In this document: in pieces, positions 55,942 to 64,000 of the stretch | Layout of the letters: the number at the start of each line of letters is the position of its first letter | Numbering within the stretch: the stretch's first letter is position 1 | Assembly: GCA_035623175.1 (NCBI GenBank) | Contig: DASPTY010000214.1 | Location: 28,908 to 92,907 of the forward strand | Length of the DNA: 64,000 nt | DNA from: Candidatus Limnocylindrales bacterium | Lineage (GTDB): Bacteria > Acidobacteriota > Terriglobia > Acidiferrales > UBA7541 | Direction: 5' to 3' | Notes under the pieces: model-generated | The model's input: only the letters and a program-made list of their open reading frames with translations | Database searches by the model: none | Told to the model about the DNA's origin: nothing | Program-made: the position numbers and the translations under genes

Positions 55942-57348
55942 ATGAGCGAAAGCCAACTGTGGTCTTTTTCAGGAAGAACAAGCAGGTCGAGATATTTTCT
56001 CATTGGTGTCATAGCGTTTCTTCTTAAGTCCAACATTGACCGCATAATCGCGACTTATTTCTTTCACCATCGCTGGGGCGTTTTGAATTATTGGTTTCCT
56101 TTTCCCGGCGTAAGCAGTCCTTGGCAGTTGAAGGGGGCAGAAGCCAACTTGAGTCTTACGCTCCTGGCGGCGAGTTTGCCATTTATCTGGCTTGGAGTCG
56201 CGCAGACGGTGCGCCGCTTGAGAGACTGCGAGCAGCCGCTCTGGCTCAGCGTGATGTTCTTCATTCCCTTCGCGAATTTGCTGTTCTTTGGCGTGCTTTG
56301 TTGCTGGCCTTCGGAGGAAGGATCGCAACAACTGAGAACAGGCACTAGCATCGAAGCAAGGTCCGCAGGTTTCTGGCACAGGGTTTCGGATCCGGAGCAG
56401 TTGGCTGCGGCGATCCTGGCGACGATAGCGGCGTCGGTGGTTGGGTTCTTGTTGGTTTTGCTGGGAACGCAGTTCCAAGGCAACTACGGTTGGAGCTTGT
56501 TCTTGGCCGTGCCGTTTTGTCTGGGACTCTTTTCTGTGCTGATCCTTAGTTACCGAGCACCGCGTACGATGGGTGAATGCTTGATGGTCAGCATTGCGCC
56601 AGTTGTGTTGATTGGCCTTGCGTTGCTGCTGCTAGCGTTCGAAGGTGTCATTTGCATCCTCATGGCTGCCCCGCTTGCGCTGGGCATTTCAGCAATCGCT
56701 GGAGTGGTGGGCTATTGGATACAAGTGACCCGGTGGAGCGGGCGACCAATAACAATGGGAATTGTTTTGGTCATGATGCCCTTCGTCATGGGGGTCGACA
56801 AGAAAGTTCAGGGAGAGCCGCCCCTGCTCGTCGTGCACAGCTCGATTGATATTGAAGCGCCGCCCGAAGTCGTTTGGGGGAAAGTAGTAACCATCACGGA
56901 AATCCCCGAGCCACGTGGATGGCTCTTCCACACCGGAATTGCTTATCCCTTGCGGGCGACGATGATTGGGACGGGAGTAGGCGCAGTGCGGAGGTGCCAA
57001 TTCACCACTGGCGCGTTCGTCGAGCCGATTCAGGTGTGGGATGCGCCGCGACTGCTGCGATTCGGCGTGACCGAAAATCCCGCGCCCCTGGAGGAATTGA
57101 CGCCCTACCACCACATCGAACCGCCCCATCTGAAGGGCTATTTCGTTTCGCACGAGGGGCAGTTCGAACTGACACGCTTGTGGGGGAACCGGACGAGGCT
57201 GACTGGAACTACCTGGTACACGGACCGAATCTGGCCGTCGGCGTATTGGCAGCTATGGTCGGACTACATCGTGCATCGCATCCACATGCGAGTTCTGCGG
57301 CACATCCAGATCGAAGCGGAAAGCGCTTCACGCGCGGGCAACCATTGA
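55942..57348 (+). CDS. Membrane protein: DUF805-like N-terminus, TM bundle and SRPBCC-like C-terminus
   Basis: FSGR..R..Y, VRRLRD, FFIPFANLL; EGVICILMA; IDIEAPPEVVW, G.GA.R.C.F.TG, IHMRVL.HI. Confidence 0.75.
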   Translation: MSESQLWSFSGRTSRSRYFLIGVIAFLLKSNIDRIIATYFFHHRWGVLNYWFPFPGVSSPWQLKGAEANLSLTLLAASLPFIWLGVAQTVRRLRDCEQPLWLSVMFFIPFANLLFFGVLCCWPSEEGSQQLRTGTSIEARSAGFWHRVSDPEQLAAAILATIAASVVGFLLVLLGTQFQGNYGWSLFLAVPFCLGLFSVLILSYRAPRTMGECLMVSIAPVVLIGLALLLLAFEGVICILMAAPLALGISAIAGVVGYWIQVTRWSGRPITMGIVLVMMPFVMGVDKKVQGEPPLLVVHSSIDIEAPPEVVWGKVVTITEIPEPRGWLFHTGIAYPLRATMIGTGVGAVRRCQFTTGAFVEPIQVWDAPRLLRFGVTENPAPLEELTPYHHIEPPHLKGYFVSHEGQFELTRLWGNRTRLTGTTWYTDRIWPSAYWQLWSDYIVHRIHMRVLRHIQIEAESASRAGNH

Positions 57349-58467
57349 CCCGGCGAGCACCTGCTCGTAATAGCGCTCGTACATGGGGATGACGTCGTTG
57401 GCGCAGAACTTCCTGCGCGCGTGTTTGCGGGCGAGCTGGCCCATTTCGCGGCCGCGATCCGAGCGAGAGAGCAGGTCAATCGCGTGCTCCGCCGCCAATT
57501 TCACGTCGCCCGGCTCGACGAGATAACCATCCACGCCATCCTCGATGACCTCGGGAACGCCGCCGGCGTTCGTGGCGATAACCGGGACTTCGCAAGCCAT
57601 GGCCTCGAGCGCCGCAAGACCGAAGGATTCAAGCTGGGAAGGCAAGAGGAACAAATCGGCCTGCCCCAACTTCTCCCGGATGCCATTCTGTTTTCCAAGG
57701 AAGAGAACGTCCTTTTCCACGCCACGATTGCGAGCCAGCGCTTCGGCCGGCGTGCGATCCGGGCCATCTCCAATCATGATAAGTTTGGCGGACATCCTTT
57801 CGCGAACGAGAGAAAAAATTTCGATAGCATCGAGAATGCGCTTCACCGGGCGGAAATTCGAAAGGTGCATGAGAATCGGTTCACCATCGGGCGCCCACTC
57901 GGCTCGCAACTGCGGGTCGGGCTTGCGACAGTACAAATCGCAGTTGACGAAGTTCGGTATCACCTCGATGGGGCGCTTGATGCCAAATTCTTCCAGCGTG
58001 CGCCGGTACAAATAACGCGAGATCGAGGTGACGCCATCACTCTGTTCAATGGAATAGCGCGTGATGGGGAGGAAACTGGGATTGTTCCCCACCAAAGTAA
58101 TGTCCGTGCCGTGCAGCGTGGTAATGAAAGGCAGCCGTCGCGGCGCAGCCATCTGGCGAGCCAACAAGGCGCTGACCGAATGGGGGATGGCGTAGTGAAC
58201 GTGGAGGATGTCAAGAGACTCCGCCTCGAAGACTTCCTGCATCTTGACGGCGAGTGACAGCGTGTAAGGCGAGTGGTCAAACAGGGGATAAGAAACGACC
58301 TCGGCCTGGTGAAAATGGACACGCGGATCGTTGGGATTCATACGGATGGGAGGCGCGTAGGTGATGAAATGGACGTCGTGTCCATGCGCCGCCAGTTCCT
58401 GACCGAGTTCGGTGGCAACTACTCCTGATCCGCCGTACGTGGGGTAGCCGGTGATTCCGATGCGCAT
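57328..58467 (-). CDS. bshA: N-acetyl-alpha-D-glucosaminyl L-malate synthase (bacillithiol)
   Basis: YPTYGGSGVVATELG, HVHYAIPH, TTLHGTDIT, HLSNFRPVKR, ESFGLAALEAMAC. Confidence 0.93.
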   Translation of the reverse strand: MRIGITGYPTYGGSGVVATELGQELAAHGHDVHFITYAPPIRMNPNDPRVHFHQAEVVSYPLFDHSPYTLSLAVKMQEVFEAESLDILHVHYAIPHSVSALLARQMAAPRRLPFITTLHGTDITLVGNNPSFLPITRYSIEQSDGVTSISRYLYRRTLEEFGIKRPIEVIPNFVNCDLYCRKPDPQLRAEWAPDGEPILMHLSNFRPVKRILDAIEIFSLVRERMSAKLIMIGDGPDRTPAEALARNRGVEKDVLFLGKQNGIREKLGQADLFLLPSQLESFGLAALEAMACEVPVIATNAGGVPEVIEDGVDGYLVEPGDVKLAAEHAIDLLSRSDRGREMGQLARKHARRKFCANDVIPMYERYYEQVLAGSMVARA

Positions 58468-58617
58468 AGTGGCCCTCAATCGAAGTGCGCGCCGCAACCT
58501 AGTGAGTGAGCCTTGCTTGCGGGGTAGCAAGCCTGGATGCTAGAGTCGCGCGGACCGTGGGCGGAAGTGCTTGCCCGCGAAATGTTACACCGATTAGACG
58601 CTAAGGTGGGGTAGAAG

Positions 58618-58713
58618 GTGACACGGCTCAAACGGAAAGTGGCCATTGTGACTGGCGGAGGAACAGGCCTGGGCCAGGCGATTGCCTTGTCGTTTGGAGG
58701 GGGTAAGAAGAAG
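58618..58713 (+). pseudogene. N-terminal SDR fragment in frame with the downstream thioesterase
   Basis: RLKRKVAIVTGGGTGLGQAIALSF is a typical SDR TGxxxGxG start; no further SDR sequence follows. Confidence 0.7.
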
Positions 58714-59160
58714 ATGGCCCGCAGGATGACGAAGGAGGAGCAACGAGTGACGGAACTCGTTCGGCTCCGGATGAGGGAAAGCAAGGCGACGGAGCTGTTG
58801 GGTTTTGACGTGGAGAGCGTCCACGATGGCCGCGCAATCTTCCGGCTCGACGTCCGACCGACACACAAGCAGATTCATGGTGTCGTGCACGGGGGGATAC
58901 TAGCGGCGCTGGCGGATACGGCAGCGGCAATCGCGGCGTACACGACTGTGCCACGCGGAGTGGAGCTGGCCACGCTCGAGCTGAAAATCAACTACCTCGA
59001 GCCTGTACCCGGAGGGAGAGTGAAAGCAGACGCCCGGGTTCTGCGGTCGGGCGGCAATTTTGTCGTGACCGAATGCGATATTTTCAACGAGACCGGTGCG
59101 TTGGCCGCAAAATCCATTCTGACGTTCTCGCGGACGACTATACACAGGCAGAAGAAATGA
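58714..59160 (+). CDS. PaaI-family hotdog thioesterase
   Basis: HGVVHGGILAALADTA, TLELKINYLEP. Confidence 0.9.
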   Translation: MARRMTKEEQRVTELVRLRMRESKATELLGFDVESVHDGRAIFRLDVRPTHKQIHGVVHGGILAALADTAAAIAAYTTVPRGVELATLELKINYLEPVPGGRVKADARVLRSGGNFVVTECDIFNETGALAAKSILTFSRTTIHRQKK

Positions 59161-59163
59161 GGG

Positions 59164-59496
59164 TTATTCGTCGCCCTGGGAAGAGTCTTCGCCTTCTTTG
59201 TGGACGTAGCGGATGTGGCGCTTGAAAATCATCAAGTTGGGCGCTCCCTCGCGCGTGAGCTTAATGCAATCGCGGTCGTACCACTCGATGATGCCGCGAA
59301 GGGTCTCACCGGACTCCATGACGATAGTCATGGAAGTACGGCTTTGCATCTGTTTCACCCAGTAGAAGTTCTCCGCGTGCGTGACTTCGGGGGGCGCGGG
59401 TTTCTTGCTGGGTACCGGGCCATTGTGTTGGGGTCTGGGAGGAACGGGCTCCTTGACGTCCGCGAAGCTGGGACGGAACATGCGGCGATTTACCAT
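59164..59496 (-). CDS. Hfq-like Sm-fold RNA chaperone
   Basis: Sm1-like IVMESGETLRGIIEWYD..CIKL, Sm2-like LMIFKRHIRY; Pro-rich N-terminal extension. Confidence 0.75.
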   Translation of the reverse strand: MVNRRMFRPSFADVKEPVPPRPQHNGPVPSKKPAPPEVTHAENFYWVKQMQSRTSMTIVMESGETLRGIIEWYDRDCIKLTREGAPNLMIFKRHIRYVHKEGEDSSQGDE

Positions 59497-59620
59497 GACT
59501 GCTCCTTGAATAAGTCGGGGTTGTTCATACCCTTAGATGCATAGGGTATAGCCGGGGTTTCGCCCATTATGACGGACAAGGAGGCGAAAAGGGAGAAAAA
59601 TTCTCCTTCCTGCCCCGCTC

Positions 59621-60727
59621 TTATTTCTGGAGGGAAAAGAGAGAAGCCGCGACAGAGTCCAAGCCGAGTTGACGATTCAAATTGCGGCGCGAGCCGGCTG
59701 CGAGGGTATCAATTCCTTCGATAGCTCGGTTCACCCAGGTAGTACTGACCGAGCTAGCGATCTGTTCCAACTCTTCAGCAATGTGTGGATTTCGAAGCAG
59801 GGGCGACCGGACGCCAGCCGTCAGCTCCAGAAGGTCCGAGAGCAATCCATAGAAAATGGACAGCAAGTCCTCAAATGAAGACTCGCGATCCTTGGCGAGA
59901 GCAGAAGTGTCGGCAAAAAGCTGTGATAAGCCTTGTCCATGGGCCGTGCGCCCTAGGATCCGAAGAACTGCTTTCCGCTTTTCCACAGCCTCTTCTAGGT
60001 CCATCTCGAGGCCAAGGCCTGGCCTCCCTTCCGAGAGCTGGGCCGCCAATTGGAGCTCCGCAGGCTTCCGATCGGAATGCGCTCTGAGAATCGTTTCCAC
60101 TTCAGCGACCGGCAGCGGGGCGAAATGGAATTGCATGCACCGGGAAACGATGGTGGGGAGCAAAGTGAATGGAGAAGGTGCAGTGAGAATCAAAGTTGCC
60201 GAGCCGGGAGGCTCTTCCAAGATTTTCAGAAAGACATTCGCGACATTCCAGTTCATGGTATCGGCCCCGTCCAGAATGAACACGCGGCGGCGGCCCATGG
60301 GTTGAAAATAAGCGGCGCGTTGAACGGCTCGCAACTGCCCGATGCGAAGCATTGGACGAGCAACTGGGCTCTTCAGTCGGACAGGATCAGGCACAAGAAC
60401 CCAGACATCAGGATGGCTCTGCAAAATCAGAGGGGTGCGTTCGACGGTGGCTGCGTCGGCGCTTTCTCCTCGTTCAGCCAGACCTTGCTCGATCAATTTC
60501 TGCGGCTCGGCTAGCTGGGAAATTTGACGGCAAGGAGCACATTCGCCGCAGAAGTCGTCGGCGAGACGCTCGCAATTCGCGGCCTGGGCAAACATACGGG
60601 CGAAGGTGTACTTGCCCACGCCGCGCGGCCCGGTAAAGAGCAGAGAGTGGGGAACCCGCGAAATCCCCAGCGCCCCGCGGAGCGCGGAGACAATTTTCTG
60701 ATTGCCAAGGAATTCTGAAAATCCCAT
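59621..60727 (-). CDS. holB: DNA polymerase III delta' subunit
   Basis: HSLLFTGPRGVGK, CGECAPC, HPDV, NVFLKILEEPP, LLPTIVSRC; adjacent to tmk. Confidence 0.92.
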   Translation of the reverse strand: MGFSEFLGNQKIVSALRGALGISRVPHSLLFTGPRGVGKYTFARMFAQAANCERLADDFCGECAPCRQISQLAEPQKLIEQGLAERGESADAATVERTPLILQSHPDVWVLVPDPVRLKSPVARPMLRIGQLRAVQRAAYFQPMGRRRVFILDGADTMNWNVANVFLKILEEPPGSATLILTAPSPFTLLPTIVSRCMQFHFAPLPVAEVETILRAHSDRKPAELQLAAQLSEGRPGLGLEMDLEEAVEKRKAVLRILGRTAHGQGLSQLFADTSALAKDRESSFEDLLSIFYGLLSDLLELTAGVRSPLLRNPHIAEELEQIASSVSTTWVNRAIEGIDTLAAGSRRNLNRQLGLDSVAASLFSLQK

Positions 60728-60730
60728 GAA

Positions 60731-61426
60731 TCAGCCTTTGACCGCTGCCTCCAGCACGGGCAGAACAGCAGAGAGCACTTCCGCCGCAATATCTTCGGGC
60801 ATGCGCAGGGAAGTGCTGCGGGCATCGTAACACTGGACCGTGGCCCACGGGCGGCTGCGGGAAAGCATGTCGTACATTTCGGCGGCATCCTCGAGGTGGC
60901 GCAGGCTTTTCTCCTGGATATCATGGGTGGCGTGAGTGTAGTTGCGCTGCGATTTTGAGGCGATCAATTTTTGGGCCTGGTTTGGCGGAACGCGGAGGTA
61001 GAGAATGAGATCCTCGCGTGGGAGCCCATAGATCGAATATTCAAGGTACTCGATCCAGCGCAGAAATTCCGAGCGCTTCTCGGCGGCGGCGCGGGCGACT
61101 TGATGGGCCAGATTGGAACCCACATAACGGTCAATCAAGATAACCTTGCCTTCACTGAGAGCAGTCAGAAGGCGGGGTTTGGCTTCAAAGCGGTCGCCGG
61201 CATATAGCATCGCCGTGAAACGCGGATCAACGGTTTCGAGCGGGCCGAACTCGCCGTTAAGAAACTTACCCACCATGTGGCCAAACCAGGAATCGTATTG
61301 CGGGAACGCCGTGGCGTAGACCGAATAGCCCTTGGAGAGCAAGGAGTGTTCGAGTAGTTTTGCCTGTGTGTGTTTTCCGCTTCCATCGATTCCTTCGATG
61401 GCTATCAATGTTCCGTGAGTCGTCAT
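60731..61426 (-). CDS. tmk: Thymidylate kinase
   Basis: IEGIDGSGK, FPQY, LYAGDR, IDRY..SNLAHQ. Confidence 0.92.
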   Translation of the reverse strand: MTTHGTLIAIEGIDGSGKHTQAKLLEHSLLSKGYSVYATAFPQYDSWFGHMVGKFLNGEFGPLETVDPRFTAMLYAGDRFEAKPRLLTALSEGKVILIDRYVGSNLAHQVARAAAEKRSEFLRWIEYLEYSIYGLPREDLILYLRVPPNQAQKLIASKSQRNYTHATHDIQEKSLRHLEDAAEMYDMLSRSRPWATVQCYDARSTSLRMPEDIAAEVLSAVLPVLEAAVKG

Positions 61427-61577
61427 TGGATTGTTCAGTGGTGGAAGGACCACTCGTGTACGCAAGTGTAACCGGATAGGGAGAGGCCTGCAAAGAGCGC
61501 ATTACAACTTGTTGCCTTAAGGGCATGCCACCTTGAACCCTAGGAGCGTGTTAGGATTTTGATGCTGCCGGGATGAG

Positions 61578-62285
61578 ATGGGTCAAACTTCCATAAGAGA
61601 CAACCTGCTTCGTGTAAGGGGGCGTATTGCCGAGGCGGCGCAACGGGCGGGGAGAAATCCCGAAGAGATAACTTTGATTGGCGTCTCCAAGACACATCCG
61701 GCGGTGGCGATTCAAGAAGCCTTCAGTGCCGGCTTGCGCCATTTTGGCGAAAATCGCGTCCAGGAGTGGGAAGGAAAGAGGGCCGGCGTCGAGAACCTTG
61801 GGGCTACCTGGCACCTAGTCGGACACCTGCAGAGCAACAAGGCCGCGCGAGCGGCGAAGCTGTTTCACAGCATCGACTCCGTGGATGATTTTGCATTGGC
61901 GCAAAGGCTGGACCGTGCGCGTGCAGAATTGCCAGGCGAAACGCGATTGCGCATCTTGATTGAGGTTCATCTCGGCGGAGAAGAGACAAAGAGCGGGGCT
62001 GCCGAACCCGAACTGCCGGAATTGGCAGAGAAGCTGACGGGTCTCACTCGGCTGGACTTGGCGGGATTGATGTGCATCCCTCCGTTTCTCGAGGATACGG
62101 AACGCGTGCGGCCGTTCTTCGCGAAGATGAGGGAATTGAGACGACAGCTGGAAGCGCGAACAAATAAAAAACTCCTCGTTCTCTCGATGGGCATGTCGCA
62201 CGACTTTGAAGTGGCAATCCTGGAAGGGGCGACAGAGGTACGCATAGGTACCGCGCTGTTCGGAAGCAGGGGAAACGCGCAGTGA
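61578..62285 (+). CDS. yggS: PLP homeostasis protein
   Basis: VSKT, FGENRVQE, WHLVGHLQSNK, GLMCIP, LSMGMSHDF..AI.EGAT.VRIGT.LFG. Confidence 0.95.
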   Translation: MGQTSIRDNLLRVRGRIAEAAQRAGRNPEEITLIGVSKTHPAVAIQEAFSAGLRHFGENRVQEWEGKRAGVENLGATWHLVGHLQSNKAARAAKLFHSIDSVDDFALAQRLDRARAELPGETRLRILIEVHLGGEETKSGAAEPELPELAEKLTGLTRLDLAGLMCIPPFLEDTERVRPFFAKMRELRRQLEARTNKKLLVLSMGMSHDFEVAILEGATEVRIGTALFGSRGNAQ

Positions 62286-62353
62286 CACCGGATGCAGGAG
62301 ACGGAGATACTTGGACGCAATGTGACGCCGAATACGACCGAGCGTGAGAGAGA

Positions 62354-62659
62354 ATGAGTTTTCTGAAAATCACGGAAGATCAAGCACGGGGAACAGTGAC
62401 ACTGACCGTGAGAGTCCAGCCGCGAGCAAGCCGCGATGAAATTACGGGTGCGATCGATGGAACGCTGAAGGTTCGCCTGCGTGCTCCAGCGGTGGAGAAC
62501 CGGGCCAACGAAGCTCTCATCCAGTTTCTGGCCGGCGTTTTGAAAACACCGAAATCCGCTGTTAGAATTCGAGGCGGAGCACGAAGCAGGATCAAGCACA
62601 TTGAAATCTCTGGCGTGACGCGGCAACAGATCGAAACACTGCTGCGGACTGAGGCGTGA
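62354..62659 (+). CDS. DUF167 (YggU) family protein
   Basis: VRVQPRASR, LKVRL.AP.VE..ANEAL, G..SR.K. Confidence 0.9.
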   Translation: MSFLKITEDQARGTVTLTVRVQPRASRDEITGAIDGTLKVRLRAPAVENRANEALIQFLAGVLKTPKSAVRIRGGARSRIKHIEISGVTRQQIETLLRTEA

Positions 62660-62692
62660 GCAAGACGCGGAAACGCAAAGGACCCGATTCCC

Positions 62693-63871
62693 ATGAAGGT
62701 CGATATCTCGGAAATGCAAAAGGATTTGCGCGCGGCAAAAGTGGACGGCTGGCTGTTCTACGATTTTCGTGGGCGCGACCCCATTGCCCTTCGCATTTTG
62801 GACTTGCCCCCCAGTATGCGCACGCGGCGCTGGTATTACTTTGTTCCTTCCAAAGGCACGCCAAGGAAACTCGTGCACAAGATCGAGGCTGGATCGTTGG
62901 CGGCAGTGCCTGGTGACACGTTGTATTACGCGGGGCAGAAGGAGCTTCGCGACAATTTAAAGACAATGCTCAGCCGAGCCAAGAAAGTGGCCATGCAGTA
63001 TTCGCCCAAGAACGCAATTCCGTATGTGGCCATGGTGGACGCCGGTACCGTCGAACTGGTCAAGAGTTTGGGACCCAAAGTCGTGACTTCGGCGGATTTG
63101 GTGCAGAAATACGAGGCATGCTGGAGCGAGGAGCAATTGCAATCGCATCAGGCGGCAGGAAGAGCAATTGATCGGATTGTCCGCGAAGCGTTTGAGTACG
63201 CGGCAAAGTGTGTGAGAGAAAAGCAGCCGTTGACCGAGTATGACTTGCAGCAGTGGATTCTCCGGAAGTTTGAAGAAGCCGAAATCACCACGGACGAAGG
63301 ACCAGACATTGCGGTCAACGCCAACGCCAGTGACCCTCATTACGGGCCAACCAAGGAGAAATCTTCCGCGATCCGCGAGGGAGACTTGCTGCTACTGGAT
63401 GTCTGGGGTAAACAAAAGGTGGCGGACAGCGTATATTACGACATCACCTGGATGGGTTATCTGGGAGCTACCGTGCCGGAGAAATATGCAAAGGTTTTTC
63501 GTGTACTGAGAGAAGCGAGAGATCGCGCGGTCGCACTTATAGAGTCAAGCGTGAAGGCAGGCAAGCCACTGGAAGGCTGGCAGGTTGATAAGGCTGCGCG
63601 CCGCGTGGTTGAAAAGGCCGGCTACGGAAAATACTTTTTCCACCGTACTGGCCACAATATCGGCACATCAGTCCACGGCAACGGCGTCAACATGGATGGC
63701 CTCGAGACCCACGACGAACGCCACTTGATTCCACGAACCTGCAATTCCGTGGAACCGGGGATCTATCTTCCGGAGTTTGGCCTGCGTACCGAGGTGAATG
63801 TGTACGTGGGGCATGAGGGCGCACGCGTAACCGGGGCGGTTCAGACGGAGATCTTGCCGCTTCTCGCGTAA
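62693..63871 (+). CDS. M24 family (Xaa-Pro) metallopeptidase
   Basis: DPHY, LLLD, YYDITW, HRTGH.IG..VH, SVEPGIY, LRTE. Confidence 0.92.
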   Translation: MKVDISEMQKDLRAAKVDGWLFYDFRGRDPIALRILDLPPSMRTRRWYYFVPSKGTPRKLVHKIEAGSLAAVPGDTLYYAGQKELRDNLKTMLSRAKKVAMQYSPKNAIPYVAMVDAGTVELVKSLGPKVVTSADLVQKYEACWSEEQLQSHQAAGRAIDRIVREAFEYAAKCVREKQPLTEYDLQQWILRKFEEAEITTDEGPDIAVNANASDPHYGPTKEKSSAIREGDLLLLDVWGKQKVADSVYYDITWMGYLGATVPEKYAKVFRVLREARDRAVALIESSVKAGKPLEGWQVDKAARRVVEKAGYGKYFFHRTGHNIGTSVHGNGVNMDGLETHDERHLIPRTCNSVEPGIYLPEFGLRTEVNVYVGHEGARVTGAVQTEILPLLA

Positions 63872-63873
63872 GG

Positions 63874-64000
63874 ATGGAACCAGCTTCAATTCGAATGAGT
63901 GAAGAAACACAACCTGCCGTAGCACAGCCGACGCAGGACACGGCTCCAGTCCGAGTGGAACCGCAATCGTCGGGAGAAGGCCGCGCTCTGGCGTTAGCAG
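63874..64000 (+). CDS. Start of an unidentified CDS (3'-truncated)
   Basis: In-frame ATGs at 63874 and 63895; frame open to the window end (MSEETQPAVAQPTQ..). Confidence 0.45.
   Translation, partial: MEPASIRMSEETQPAVAQPTQDTAPVRVEPQSSGEGRALALA

Noticed and set aside
1-64000. Many long antisense and alternate-frame ORFs (e.g. 40913-42097, 47386-48693, 46249-47199, 25251-26117, 36170-37024)
   Set aside because: They lie wholly over well-supported genes, show no family motifs, and are expected shadows in GC-rich DNA
1-64000. CRISPR array, tRNA/rRNA, integrase or transposase
   Set aside because: No repeat-spacer periodicity, cloverleaf or recombinase motifs seen by eye; small ncRNAs cannot be excluded without a covariance search

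Overview
Core-genome window of a GC-rich bacterium; gene content and protein styles suggest Acidobacteriota (inference). No rRNA, tRNA, CRISPR array, prophage or intact transposase was seen. The left third holds housekeeping genes (hpt, GAF-GAF-PP2C phosphatase, lysA, nadK-tlyA-ispA-xseB-mutM, acylase, CBS transporter, ampG, purA, Moco genes, proC). The centre is a ~28 kb bioenergetic locus with two convergent complex I operons. Operon 1 (+; nuoA,C,D,H,J,K,L,M,N) has no NADH-input module, runs directly into Fo ATP synthase genes, and its NuoL has a 27-aa duplication in helix HL (the mark of four-antiporter '2M' complexes) despite a single nuoM. Operon 2 (-; nuoA,C,D,EF-fusion,G,H,J,K,L,M,N) is NADH-type with a normal HL. 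Both lack nuoB and nuoI. A FixL-like PAS hybrid kinase and a Cys-rich Crp/Fnr regulator with its own binding box lie between them. The right part has thiS, ribA, a LytS kinase, a GbsR-type operon with a clear operator, bshA, a PaaI thioesterase, an Hfq-like gene, holB, tmk, yggS, DUF167 and an M24 peptidase. Several deletion scars and an apparent G/C skew switch are also visible. All calls are by eye from motifs; no searches were run.
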